The notes under the pieces are model-generated. The model was not told where the DNA came from. It saw only the letters and a program-made list of their open reading frames with translations, and did not search any database. From a virus (taxonomy: Duplodnaviria > Caudoviricetes), in IMG/VR virus record IMGVR_UViG_3300020036_003693, positions 34-64,033 of that record: a stretch of DNA of 64,000 nucleotides, one strand, 5' to 3'. This document shows positions 1-8,070 of the stretch, piece after piece; within the stretch, counting starts at the first letter, position 1, and every line of letters begins with the position of its first letter. The translations under genes and the position numbers were made by a program.

Positions 1-6
1 ATCCTG

Positions 7-222
7 GTGCAGGAGTGCTTGAAGGACGCCGCGGAGCTGACATTCTGGATGCCTGAGCCAAGCAGCATCTTGCACGACTACCGAAGCAAGTCTGTGGTGC
101 TGACAACAGACCCGGTGGAGATGCGGGATTGGGCGCATAAGGTGCGGAGCGCAGTGGTGGACGGGTTGATGATGCGAGATGTGCGAGGGATGTTGGCACC
201 GAGGGGAGGAGGAGAACAATGA
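7..222 (+). CDS. hypothetical phage early protein (may be 5'-truncated by the window edge)
   Basis: 71-aa ORF; its stop overlaps the next start (ATGA); no recognisable motif. Confidence 0.55.
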   Translation: MQECLKDAAELTFWMPEPSSILHDYRSKSVVLTTDPVEMRDWAHKVRSAVVDGLMMRDVRGMLAPRGGGEQ

Positions 223-434
223 TCTTCGACAACTTGGACGATGAAGCATTAGCATCTGTGCTGGTGCATCAACAGCACTCTCTGGTGATAGTAAAGTACC
301 CCGAGGGTGAGGTTGCTATTGAGTGTGACCAATGCAAGGAGACTATTGTCACTTTCGTTAGTGACGAATGCCACTGCCCGGATTGCAAGGAGGACAACAA
401 CAATGAGACTCAAGAGAACCCCATCGAAGCGTGA
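219..434 (+). CDS. small zinc-ribbon protein
   Basis: GGAGGAGA SD; CDQC and CHCPDC motifs. Confidence 0.65.
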   Translation: MIFDNLDDEALASVLVHQQHSLVIVKYPEGEVAIECDQCKETIVTFVSDECHCPDCKEDNNNETQENPIEA

Positions 435-723
435 GTTTCTCTCAGCGCAACTGGGGGAAGTCCACAGAGTCACCAAGGCCAAGGTCAAGCGAGCGGGCCG
501 GTGCGCTGGGCGCTCCAGTGCCTTCAAGCGTTGGGTTGGATTGCCAAAACCTGCCTGTGAGAGTGACTTCAACCCGCTCCCGTTGGTGACAAGTGGTATC
601 TTGCACGTGCTCGGAGCTGAGAACGACGCCAAGGTGCGACGACTCGAACGGGAACAAGTAGCACGCAAGCGGGTGGAGATGATAGAATATCTTCGCACTC
701 GCACGGTGGGCAAGGATGTCTAG
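403..723 (+). CDS. basic hypothetical protein
   Basis: Start moved to ATG 403 behind AGGAGGACAACAACA; Arg/Lys-rich 106 aa. Confidence 0.6.
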   Translation: MRLKRTPSKREFLSAQLGEVHRVTKAKVKRAGRCAGRSSAFKRWVGLPKPACESDFNPLPLVTSGILHVLGAENDAKVRRLEREQVARKRVEMIEYLRTRTVGKDV

Positions 724-748
724 CGGTGCCCCGCAGAGACAGGCCTTG

Positions 749-835
749 CAGGTAGGAGCAACTCAGACTCTATGTAGACTGGCAAGTTGCTCCCTCCTGG
801 AGAGTCATCCTCTCTATTCTCAGTTTCTGGGAAGC
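749..835 (+). other. cluster of intergenic RNA hairpins
   Basis: caggtaggagcaact...agttgctccctcctg long stem (749-799), followed by gagag/ctctc and ttctcag/ctgggaa stems. Confidence 0.5.
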
Positions 836-927
836 GTTCTTTGCTTATAAAGTGTCTAAAACAACTAAAGTTGAACTAGGATGCTCACGTGAAATCAGTA
901 AGTTGGGGCTAGAGCTAGCTCGGCTTA

Positions 928-956
928 TTGTGGGGCATAGTAGATTCAAATATGCT
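928..956 (+). promoter_or_regulatory. putative sigma70 promoter
   Basis: TTGTGG-17 bp-TATGCT. Confidence 0.45.
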
Positions 957-986
957 AGTGCTAGTGCTAGTGTAGGCTGCTTACCT

Positions 987-1030
987 CAGGGAACCTGGCT
1001 GCGGGGCTGGGTTCTCTGGGGATTTTTTGT
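987..1030 (+). terminator. putative intrinsic terminator/attenuator
   Basis: cagggaacctggc...gctgggttctctg stem followed by gggattttttgtt. Confidence 0.4.
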
Positions 1031-1070
1031 TGGTAGTGTTGGTAGTGTTGGTTGTTGGAGGTGAGCAGAT

Positions 1071-1535
1071 ATGAAACAAGACAAAAGAGATTTTCTGACC
1101 CTACTTGGCAGCACCCTGGCTGCAACCGTAACAAGTGCTCCCGTCGCTGAGGCTCGGGCGCAGCTCCCACCGCTTCGCACAGTGGACTGGATTCTCGACT
1201 CCGCCACGGGACAGGTACGAGACGCGAATGCTGGCGGTGCTATCGTAGGTGCGTGGACTGGGGCAGTTCTCCCAGGAGACCGCTTCCCTGCCTCACGCCT
1301 CGCAGTTCTGCGGGTGATCGGCAACAGTGGAGAGGATTTCGTGCTTGCGGTAGAGATAGGCAGGCCCGAGCGTGAGGGACAACGGGAGCCCCGGTTGAGT
1401 ACCGCGTTTGCTCTCCCGCAGTCTCTCTGGCAACCGGTGAATAATGTGGCGTTGGTCGTGGGGAAGCCGGGTGGGTGGTTGCTGAGTGTGACGCTTGTGA
1501 GATTCAACGGAACTGGAGAAGGAGGTGCGAGATGA
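1071..1535 (+). CDS. hypothetical protein with Tat-like signal peptide
   Basis: GGAGGTGA SD; N-terminus DKRDFLTLLGSTLAATVTSAPVAEARA. Confidence 0.7.
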   Translation: MKQDKRDFLTLLGSTLAATVTSAPVAEARAQLPPLRTVDWILDSATGQVRDANAGGAIVGAWTGAVLPGDRFPASRLAVLRVIGNSGEDFVLAVEIGRPEREGQREPRLSTAFALPQSLWQPVNNVALVVGKPGGWLLSVTLVRFNGTGEGGAR

Positions 1536-1645
1536 AACCTTGTGGTCGGCACACCTGGAGCTTTCTCAAGTATTTCTACGTGGGGAGTGTGCGTTGGACC
1601 AAGTGGAAGTGCATAAAGTGTTCAGAGACGATGGATACCAGGTAG
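1532..1645 (+). CDS. mini zinc-finger protein (DUF1660-like)
   Basis: Hand-translated 37 aa MKPCGRHTW...WKCIKC; ATGA overlap with the upstream gene, GGAGGT SD. Confidence 0.5.
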   Translation: MKPCGRHTWSFLKYFYVGSVRWTKWKCIKCSETMDTR

Positions 1646-1694
1646 GCAAGCAGGCAAGCGTACTTGGCAGGACAGACAGAGAAAGGAGCATAGC

Positions 1695-1937
1695 ATGAGT
1701 GAGAAGATCATTATTAAGCAGATACGCGATCCCAGATATGGTCATGAACGATATAAGGTGTTCCCACTGGAGGAAGCTCATCTCAAGAAGCTGGTAAGTA
1801 AGCTCATCAAGAGTAGAGACAGGTTCGACGTAGAACCAGTCAGCGGGGCTGGTTGGATTCTATATTGTGAGAAGTACTCTGTGAGCCAGGCTTCTCTTGA
1901 AAAGATTGTCGGTGAAGGGAGGATAAGTTATGAGTGA
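1695..1937 (+). CDS. hypothetical protein
   Basis: AAAGGAG SD, 80 aa, coupled to the next gene. Confidence 0.7.
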   Translation: MSEKIIIKQIRDPRYGHERYKVFPLEEAHLKKLVSKLIKSRDRFDVEPVSGAGWILYCEKYSVSQASLEKIVGEGRISYE

Positions 1938-2562
1938 GAAGATTAAGTATCGTGGATATAAGATTCTCATTGAGCAGGATGAGGATGCACAGAATCCCTA
2001 CAAGGAGTGGGACCAGCTCAGCGATGTCACGTTCTGGCTACGGGGCTATAACCTGGACAGCACAGGCAAAGGACAACTGGACTTCGAGAGTCCAGAGGCT
2101 GTGTTGAAGGCGTATGAAGCTGGAGAGATCGTGTACTTCCAGTGGATTCACGCATATATCCACTCCGGGATCACCATCCGCTTGGACAAGAGCAGGTATC
2201 CTTTCAATGACGTGTGGGACAGCGGACTCGCCGGGGTGGTGTACGTCACCAAGGAGAAAGCGCGGAGGGAGTGGCCGAAGCTGGGTGGAAGAACTCTCTG
2301 GCTTGCGTGTGAACGGGCTGCGAAGTGCGAGGTGGAGACTCTGGACCAGTACCTGACTGGTCAGGTGTATGGATACGTGATCACGCATAAGAAGCAGGAG
2401 GTGGATAGCTGCTGGGGCTTCTATGGTTATGATTACTGTGTGCAGTCAGCCAAAGAAGCTGTGGACGACGACATCGAGCACCAAGCCAGCGGGCACGAGA
2501 AAGTCCTGGACGAGTGGATGGGATTTATCCCGGAGGAGGTATTCTGCAATGCTACAAGATAA
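1930..2562 (+). CDS. conserved phage hypothetical protein
   Basis: EQDEDAQNP..EWD and YLTGQVYGY...DSCWGFYG motifs resemble a recurrent phage early family. Confidence 0.75.
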   Translation: MSEKIKYRGYKILIEQDEDAQNPYKEWDQLSDVTFWLRGYNLDSTGKGQLDFESPEAVLKAYEAGEIVYFQWIHAYIHSGITIRLDKSRYPFNDVWDSGLAGVVYVTKEKARREWPKLGGRTLWLACERAAKCEVETLDQYLTGQVYGYVITHKKQEVDSCWGFYGYDYCVQSAKEAVDDDIEHQASGHEKVLDEWMGFIPEEVFCNATR

Positions 2563-2719
2563 CTATCGCAACTACTACGAACCTGATGCGCCTGGGCTGG
2601 TGGAGATGCTGCTGGAGCTGCTGAGCACACAGGAGTTCTGGATTGGTGTAGCGTTCACGATCTCTGTGGTGGGGATTGCGTGTTTGTTGTTTGGGAATCG
2701 AAGAGGAATAAAGAGATGA
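2549..2719 (+). CDS. small membrane protein
   Basis: GGAGGAGG SD; one hydrophobic segment FWIGVAFTISVVGIACLLF. Confidence 0.6.
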   Translation: MLQDNYRNYYEPDAPGLVEMLLELLSTQEFWIGVAFTISVVGIACLLFGNRRGIKR

Positions 2720-3162
2720 GTAAGAAATCAGAGATTGAAGAACGGAAGCAAGAATCCTTAGCCCGGCTGCGAGAACTGCTTCCTCCGGGCTCTATCGTCT
2801 ATACTACGGTTGAGAACGTCTCGCGAAGCGGAATGAGCAGGCACATTAGCTGCTATGTCCCGATTAGTGACGAAGGGAAACTCCGTATTCTCAACATCAC
2901 TTGGCACGTTCAGAACATCCTTGGCTACCGGCGCAGTGACAAGAGTGGCGGCTTGGTGGTTAGCGGCTGTGGAATGGATATGGGCTTTCATGTTGTATAT
3001 GAGCTAGCGCATTCATTGCATCCAGACGGGTTTGGCTGTACTGGGAGGGGCTGTTCTAGCAATGACCACAGTAATGGAGACAGGAACTACGAAGTGCATA
3101 AAGAAGCTGCACCTCACTGGCATAAGTCAGCGGGGTATTCAATTCGGCAAGAGTGGTTGTAG
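2716..3162 (+). CDS. conserved phage hypothetical protein
   Basis: VSRSGMSRHI and GCGMDMGFHVVYEL motifs typical of a widespread phage family. Confidence 0.75.
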   Translation: MSKKSEIEERKQESLARLRELLPPGSIVYTTVENVSRSGMSRHISCYVPISDEGKLRILNITWHVQNILGYRRSDKSGGLVVSGCGMDMGFHVVYELAHSLHPDGFGCTGRGCSSNDHSNGDRNYEVHKEAAPHWHKSAGYSIRQEWL

Positions 3163-3184
3163 GTAATAGGAAGGAGATAACATA

Positions 3185-4414
3185 ATGGCAAGCAAAGACG
3201 AGGTATTCAGCAACTACCGCAGGCAGACCGGGAAGCGCACGCAAGGGAGCACAGGCCGCGACGGACAGTACAACCTGCTCTACCATGGCAGGACCCTCTA
3301 CTCCTTCGGCACGCACTTCCCGCTGGCAATCCGCTACCACAGTGGGGCTGAGATTCCTGAAGGGAGCGAGGGCTTCGGCTGTGGTGTGCAGTATATTGTG
3401 AATGGGGACAAGTACTCCGCCACAACCACCCAGCATCAGAACCAGGCGATCAAGTCTCTCAAGCCGAATGTGCAGATTCCGTTCTCGGCGCTGGAGAATG
3501 CGTGGAACTGGGGATTGCAAGAGACCATGTACTACAAAGAGTGGGGACAGTGGTATAGCTTCGAGGAAGCCTGCGAGATAGAGCGCAAGGCTCAGGGAGT
3601 TGGTCCTGACGCTTTTGTACAGATATACAGTGCTGGTTGGGGTAGCACCACCAACCGAGACTGGGTGAACCGTGCAAACGCTCTGGCTGAGAAGCTGCGG
3701 GATGGGAGCGGGGGGTTCAAGATTGTGGCGTACCGAAAGGACACCTGGCAGCACACGCACGATGGTGGGAAGACCTGGGCACCGGGGTATTTCAGCAGCG
3801 GCAATTTTGTTGATACTGGTGAGCCTTATGATGCTGGCATCGTGTGTTGTGGGGAGGCTGATTGCGATTGGGTGGGCCCCTACCCCCGCACAGGAGAGCA
3901 ACCTATCAGCACACACCGTCTCGGAGCAGTTCTCTTCACCATTCGCGGCAACACGTTTCTCAGTAGCTTCGATGAACTCGACCGAACGAACTACTTCCTC
4001 TGTCAGGTCCCTGGCTCCCCTACCACCATCGAGGAAGCATACGAAGCCCTGGTGCCAGATGTCGTGAAGGCCCTCCCCTCCCGCGAGGGCGTGCTGCGTC
4101 AGGGGGATTGGTTCTTCATCCCGGTGAGCGAAGACAAGGACACCTTGCGAAGCATCCGTAAGGCTGCCCCTTACGTCACAAATACCAATACCTCAGCTTA
4201 TCGTTTAGGAGAGGCTACTGGAACTCACGTGGTCACACGGGCACGCAGGACGGCGGATGGGCTGCTGGTAGTGCAGGGATGCGTGAGACATTCCCCAGCG
4301 GATGGTCGTCGCCCCGAGCATAAGCGGCTGAAGCTGGGGGATGGGAAGCAGTGGTATGTCCCGGTGAAGAACACCAGTGAGGCTGGCTGGGGAGCCCGGG
4401 GGAACGTGGACTAG
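3185..4414 (+). CDS. two-domain hypothetical protein (N-terminal YSFGTHFP/YSATTTQHQ domain; C-terminal RQGDWFFIP His-rich domain)
   Basis: 409-aa ORF with AGGAG SD; motifs read directly. Confidence 0.75.
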   Translation: MASKDEVFSNYRRQTGKRTQGSTGRDGQYNLLYHGRTLYSFGTHFPLAIRYHSGAEIPEGSEGFGCGVQYIVNGDKYSATTTQHQNQAIKSLKPNVQIPFSALENAWNWGLQETMYYKEWGQWYSFEEACEIERKAQGVGPDAFVQIYSAGWGSTTNRDWVNRANALAEKLRDGSGGFKIVAYRKDTWQHTHDGGKTWAPGYFSSGNFVDTGEPYDAGIVCCGEADCDWVGPYPRTGEQPISTHRLGAVLFTIRGNTFLSSFDELDRTNYFLCQVPGSPTTIEEAYEALVPDVVKALPSREGVLRQGDWFFIPVSEDKDTLRSIRKAAPYVTNTNTSAYRLGEATGTHVVTRARRTADGLLVVQGCVRHSPADGRRPEHKRLKLGDGKQWYVPVKNTSEAGWGARGNVD

Positions 4415-4433
4415 CATCTCTAAAGGAGGCGTT

Positions 4434-4628
4434 ATGGGTATAAAACGAGGTGGTTGGATAGTCTACTGTGATGCAAGGTGCGGAGCTACCTTGGATGTGG
4501 GAAACTGTGAAGGTCAATTGGCAGCCGCAGTAGAAGCAAAACAAGAGGGCTGGACTGGAGAGTGGGACGGAAAGATGTACTGTCCTGAGTGCAGCCAGAC
4601 AAGGGAGGAGGAGGACCCTCTATGCTAG
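4434..4628 (+). CDS. small zinc-binding protein
   Basis: AAAGGAGG SD, start at 4434; CDARC and CPEC motifs. Confidence 0.7.
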   Translation: MGIKRGGWIVYCDARCGATLDVGNCEGQLAAAVEAKQEGWTGEWDGKMYCPECSQTREEEDPLC

Positions 4629-4711
4629 AACTATTTTCTTTCCTGGGGATGTCCACCTGTATCCTGGGGGCATCCATCAGCGTTATCACTCCCTGGTTCT
4701 GGGGGAGGTAG
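4622..4711 (+). CDS. putative 29-aa membrane peptide
   Basis: GGAGGA SD; MLELFSFLGMSTCILGASISVITPWFWGR. Confidence 0.4.
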   Translation: MLELFSFLGMSTCILGASISVITPWFWGR

Positions 4712-4748
4712 TGTCAAAGACCCGGCGCGTGCTGGGGAAGGAGGAAGC

Positions 4749-5111
4749 GTGAATCCTGAACTGTACGAAGAAGAGTTAGCCGCCCTCCGCGCCGAGCGGA
4801 ACGAACTGCGGGAGCGGTTGGTGGCAATGGAGCGTGCCTTTGAACGGGGCCGCGATACCAGCCAACAGGAAAAAACTCTGGCTAAAGTGTTGGCAGAGCA
4901 AATGAGCGCAAATGCAATGTTAATTCAGCGTGATGAAGACTTCCGCGCACGCGTCGAAGCGGAGTTTGGGCAGTTGCGGGAGCAACTACTGGCGGATGCA
5001 CGCGGCACATTTAGCGAATTGGCCAAATGTGCATTTATTCAGACAGCAGACAAAGTTGACGCCGCCGAAAAGCGGCTGATGAGAGGTGAAGATGCTAACC
5101 CCGCAACCTAA
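4749..5111 (+). CDS. coiled-coil hypothetical protein
   Basis: GGAGG SD with GTG start; heptad-rich E/L/A/R sequence. Confidence 0.7.
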   Translation: MNPELYEEELAALRAERNELRERLVAMERAFERGRDTSQQEKTLAKVLAEQMSANAMLIQRDEDFRARVEAEFGQLREQLLADARGTFSELAKCAFIQTADKVDAAEKRLMRGEDANPAT

Positions 5112-5577
5112 CTACTTAGCAACCTGTGACACCACTGGCTGCAACAAACAAACCGAGCTAACTGCTGATACTCAACCTGAAGCGGAGCTAGCTTTGATGT
5201 CTTGGGGCTGGCAAGTGTTCGTCAACCGAGAGCTGGAAGAGACGCTCTATGTGTGCCCAGGGTGCTCTGAGCGCCCGAAAACTCGCAGGGTCTCCGCGAA
5301 ACCGGACCCCACGCTGGCGTTCCTGGATGCACCCCCCACACCGAGCAAGACTGAGGCCGCGCAGACTGAGCTACGGGGGAGGCTGGAAGAGGCTAGAGAT
5401 GATTGGAGTTCTCGTAGCTACCACCAGGGGAACGAGTATACATCCATTAACGAAAACCGGCGTGCTGAGACCGTCTCCACAATGGAGGACTTGATGGAGA
5501 AGTTCGACAAGTTCGGGAGATGGACTCCCCGGCAGGAAGCGTTCGTGAAGAAGTTGATTCGGAATACTTTTAAGTAG
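5086..5577 (+). CDS. hypothetical protein with N-terminal zinc ribbon
   Basis: CDTTGC...CPGC; C-terminal WTPRQEAF motif. Confidence 0.7.
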   Translation: MKMLTPQPNYLATCDTTGCNKQTELTADTQPEAELALMSWGWQVFVNRELEETLYVCPGCSERPKTRRVSAKPDPTLAFLDAPPTPSKTEAAQTELRGRLEEARDDWSSRSYHQGNEYTSINENRRAETVSTMEDLMEKFDKFGRWTPRQEAFVKKLIRNTFK

Positions 5578-5588
5578 AGGAGAGAGCT

Positions 5589-5762
5589 ATGCCAGATAGA
5601 CACAACGTAAAGCCCCTAGGGGATGGAGTCTGGTATACAATCGAAGGGAACTCTATCGGTGTCACGACCAACCTGTTCGACTACGTGTGGATGACTTCGG
5701 AGCTGGTGCAGGAGCTGTTGGAGAAGTTCAATAACAACCAAGTAGAGGAGATTGACCAATGA
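5589..5762 (+). CDS. hypothetical protein (57 aa)
   Basis: Hand-translated; GAGGAG SD; stop overlaps the dcd start. Confidence 0.55.
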   Translation: MPDRHNVKPLGDGVWYTIEGNSIGVTTNLFDYVWMTSELVQELLEKFNNNQVEEIDQ

Positions 5763-6418
5763 GCAAGACTTATGACATAGAGCAACCAGGCGGAATCCTG
5801 ACAGACAGACAGATACGAGACCTATGCCCAAGCCCTGGGGAGTGGATGATCTTTCCATTCGTGAGTGAGCAGGTGCGTGTGTTGCACCATGACCTGGACC
5901 CAAAGCCTGGAGAATACCGAGAGCCCACCAAGGTGATCAGCTACGGTCTCTCCTCGATGGGCTACGACATCACCCTCTCCGCACAGGACTTCAAGGTGTT
6001 CTCACCCGTGCGCGGCACCGAGATTGACCCGAAGAACTTCGATGTGGAGGCCCTGGTGGAAGCACCAGCCCGGGGGACCAGCGCCGAGACCTATTTTCTG
6101 ATCCCACCGAACAGCTACGCTCTGGGGCACTCAGTGGAGTACTTCCAGATGCCGGAGGATGTCCTGGGAATCTGCATGGGCAAGAGCACTTATGCCAGGA
6201 GTGGACTGATCGTGAACACCACGCCGCTGGAACCTGGCTGGAAGGGGAGACTGGTGTTGGAACTGGCGAACAGCACACCGCTGCCACTACGTGTGTATGC
6301 GAACGAGGGGATCGCCCAGGTGATGTTCTTCCAGAGCGGGAGCCGACCTCTCACCACATACGGGGATCGAAGTGGAAAGTACCAGGGCCAGCAGGGGCTG
6401 GTGACAGCAAGAGTTTAG
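5759..6418 (+). CDS. dcd: dCTP deaminase
   Basis: ISYGLSSMGYDITL, GKSTYARSGL, TPLEPGWKGRLVLELAN and ANEGIAQ motifs of the dCTP deaminase family. Confidence 0.93.
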   Translation: MSKTYDIEQPGGILTDRQIRDLCPSPGEWMIFPFVSEQVRVLHHDLDPKPGEYREPTKVISYGLSSMGYDITLSAQDFKVFSPVRGTEIDPKNFDVEALVEAPARGTSAETYFLIPPNSYALGHSVEYFQMPEDVLGICMGKSTYARSGLIVNTTPLEPGWKGRLVLELANSTPLPLRVYANEGIAQVMFFQSGSRPLTTYGDRSGKYQGQQGLVTARV

Positions 6419-6428
6419 AAAAGGAGCT

Positions 6429-6761
6429 ATGATAATGACGCAACAATCGCAACCGCAACCCCAGATGATAATCGACTACTATATCACCTACAATGTAGAC
6501 CGGGATGATCTTATGCAGCAGGTGCGTGGACTGATCCTAAGAGGTTGGCAACCCTTCGGGGGAGCCTTCTCTGCACAACAGTACAACTCAGCAAAGCTGG
6601 CGATGGAGTGCGTGTTTTGCCAGACTCTGGTGTTGTATGCACCCCCACTCGCACCCCCGCCTGCCCCACTGCCAACAGCAATTGACAAGTCCACTACCCA
6701 GGGTATATCCTCTGGTGGTAGTGGTAGTCCCAACCAAGTGAAGAAAGGAGGAACCAAGTAA
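6429..6761 (+). CDS. DUF1737-like protein with Pro/Gly tail
   Basis: QQVRGLILRGWQPFGG...VFCQTLV pattern. Confidence 0.65.
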   Translation: MIMTQQSQPQPQMIIDYYITYNVDRDDLMQQVRGLILRGWQPFGGAFSAQQYNSAKLAMECVFCQTLVLYAPPLAPPPAPLPTAIDKSTTQGISSGGSGSPNQVKKGGTK

Positions 6762-6886
6762 TGCCACAAGGAGCCGGAGCGAAGGCTAAGCGAGCAGAAA
6801 AGCGGAAAGCTGCGCGGAAGCAAGCGCACAAGCAAGCGCACCCAGCGGATAAGCAGGCACAGAAGCAACAACCCAAGACGAAATAA
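6761..6886 (+). CDS. 41-aa basic Lys/Ala/Gln-rich peptide (possible nucleic-acid-binding protein)
   Basis: TAATG overlap, AAAGGAGG SD; MPQGAGAKAKRAEKRKAARKQAHKQAH... Confidence 0.6.
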   Translation: MPQGAGAKAKRAEKRKAARKQAHKQAHPADKQAQKQQPKTK

Positions 6887-6932
6887 CCCAACCAACCAAC
6901 AACGATAATTCAACATTGGAGACAACAACGAC

Positions 6933-7904
6933 ATGAGTAGCAAGCAAGCAACTGCGGTGGCTCTGGCAAGCGCCAAGGCCGGACAAGAACTTCGACTTCC
7001 CCCGGAGGACCTGATCCTCGTGGAGAACAAGTCCCACCCGCTCTACCAGGATCGAGTCCATCGCCCGACAGACCCTAACATGGTGGCGGATATGCAGGCG
7101 GGTGGCTGGGTCCACGGGACTGTGCTGGTGGTCGGTGAGGTGGTGGACACCCTGCGGACTGGGAAATACCTGGTCGTCGCTGGTCGAGGACGTACCAAGG
7201 CGGCCATCGAGGCTGGGCTGGCAGATGTTCCCTGCGTGGACCTGGGAGCTGAGAGCGAGTACTCAGCCAGTGAGTTGAAAGCGTTCATGGCCCGGGAGAA
7301 TGAACGGCGTGTGGACACAAACCCTTTGGAGAAAGCAGCCGAGGCCCTCTCGTTGATGAACACGCGGCTGGAGGAGATGAAGCCGCCGGAATGGCCGAGT
7401 GAACTGGCTTGGAAACCGAGCAAGGATCAGCGCAGCGAAGCAGTCCGGTTCACTGCTGGAGTCTTCGGCAAGAGCACCTCCTGGGTGAACCACCTTGTCT
7501 CCCTGCTGGACGAGGACAAGGTGAGTGCCGGACTCACCAAGGCGATGAAGAACGAGGAGGTCAGCGTGAACGCCGCTATGAAGTTCATGAAGCTGAATCC
7601 CCTAGAGCAAGAGGAGGTGCTGGAAAAACTCAAGCCGGTGATCAAGGCAAAAGCTGAGGCAGCAGCTACGGGGAAGGGACGCGGCAAGGCGATCTCACGC
7701 AAGGAAGCGGACGCGGTGATCAACAAGAACGCCAAGTGCAGTTTCGAGCGGAGCTGGCTGGAGAAAATCCTGAGTCGTCGCGGCACCCCAGCAGATGTGA
7801 AGGCGTTTGTCAAGGAGCTGCTTAATCCGGGCAGCCAAGACCTTCCTTACCTGCCCGGGAAACTGGAGAAGCTGCGCAGCGCCGAAATGGACTCAGATGA
7901 GTAA
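6933..7904 (+). CDS. parB: ParB-family protein (ParB/Srx CTPase domain plus HTH)
   Basis: GxxRxxA motif (AGRGRTKA), ENERR motif, HTH-like AGVFGKSTSWVNHLVSL. Confidence 0.8.
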   Translation: MSSKQATAVALASAKAGQELRLPPEDLILVENKSHPLYQDRVHRPTDPNMVADMQAGGWVHGTVLVVGEVVDTLRTGKYLVVAGRGRTKAAIEAGLADVPCVDLGAESEYSASELKAFMARENERRVDTNPLEKAAEALSLMNTRLEEMKPPEWPSELAWKPSKDQRSEAVRFTAGVFGKSTSWVNHLVSLLDEDKVSAGLTKAMKNEEVSVNAAMKFMKLNPLEQEEVLEKLKPVIKAKAEAAATGKGRGKAISRKEADAVINKNAKCSFERSWLEKILSRRGTPADVKAFVKELLNPGSQDLPYLPGKLEKLRSAEMDSDE

Positions 7905-7917
7905 AGTACGGTAGAAT
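7888..7917 (+). promoter_or_regulatory. putative sigma70 promoter
   Basis: TGGACT-18 bp-TAGAAT. Confidence 0.4.
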
Positions 7918-7928
7918 CCTCAAGTTCT

Positions 7929-8030
7929 GGCAGCCGCTTTCGCTTTGTACACAAGCCAGGCAGGTCTTTTAATGTTACCTTCCTTTTCCCTGTTTGGTCT
8001 AGTCTAAGCTACTGAGCGGTAGCGGCTGCC
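7929..8030 (+). ncRNA. putative structured leader RNA or DNA inverted repeat
   Basis: ggcagccgctttcgct/agcggtagcggctgcc outer stem plus ccaggcagg/cctgtttgg inner stem. Confidence 0.45.
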
Positions 8031-8070
8031 GGCCCCTTTGACAGAATTTCCCTTACTACCAGGAGTCCTC

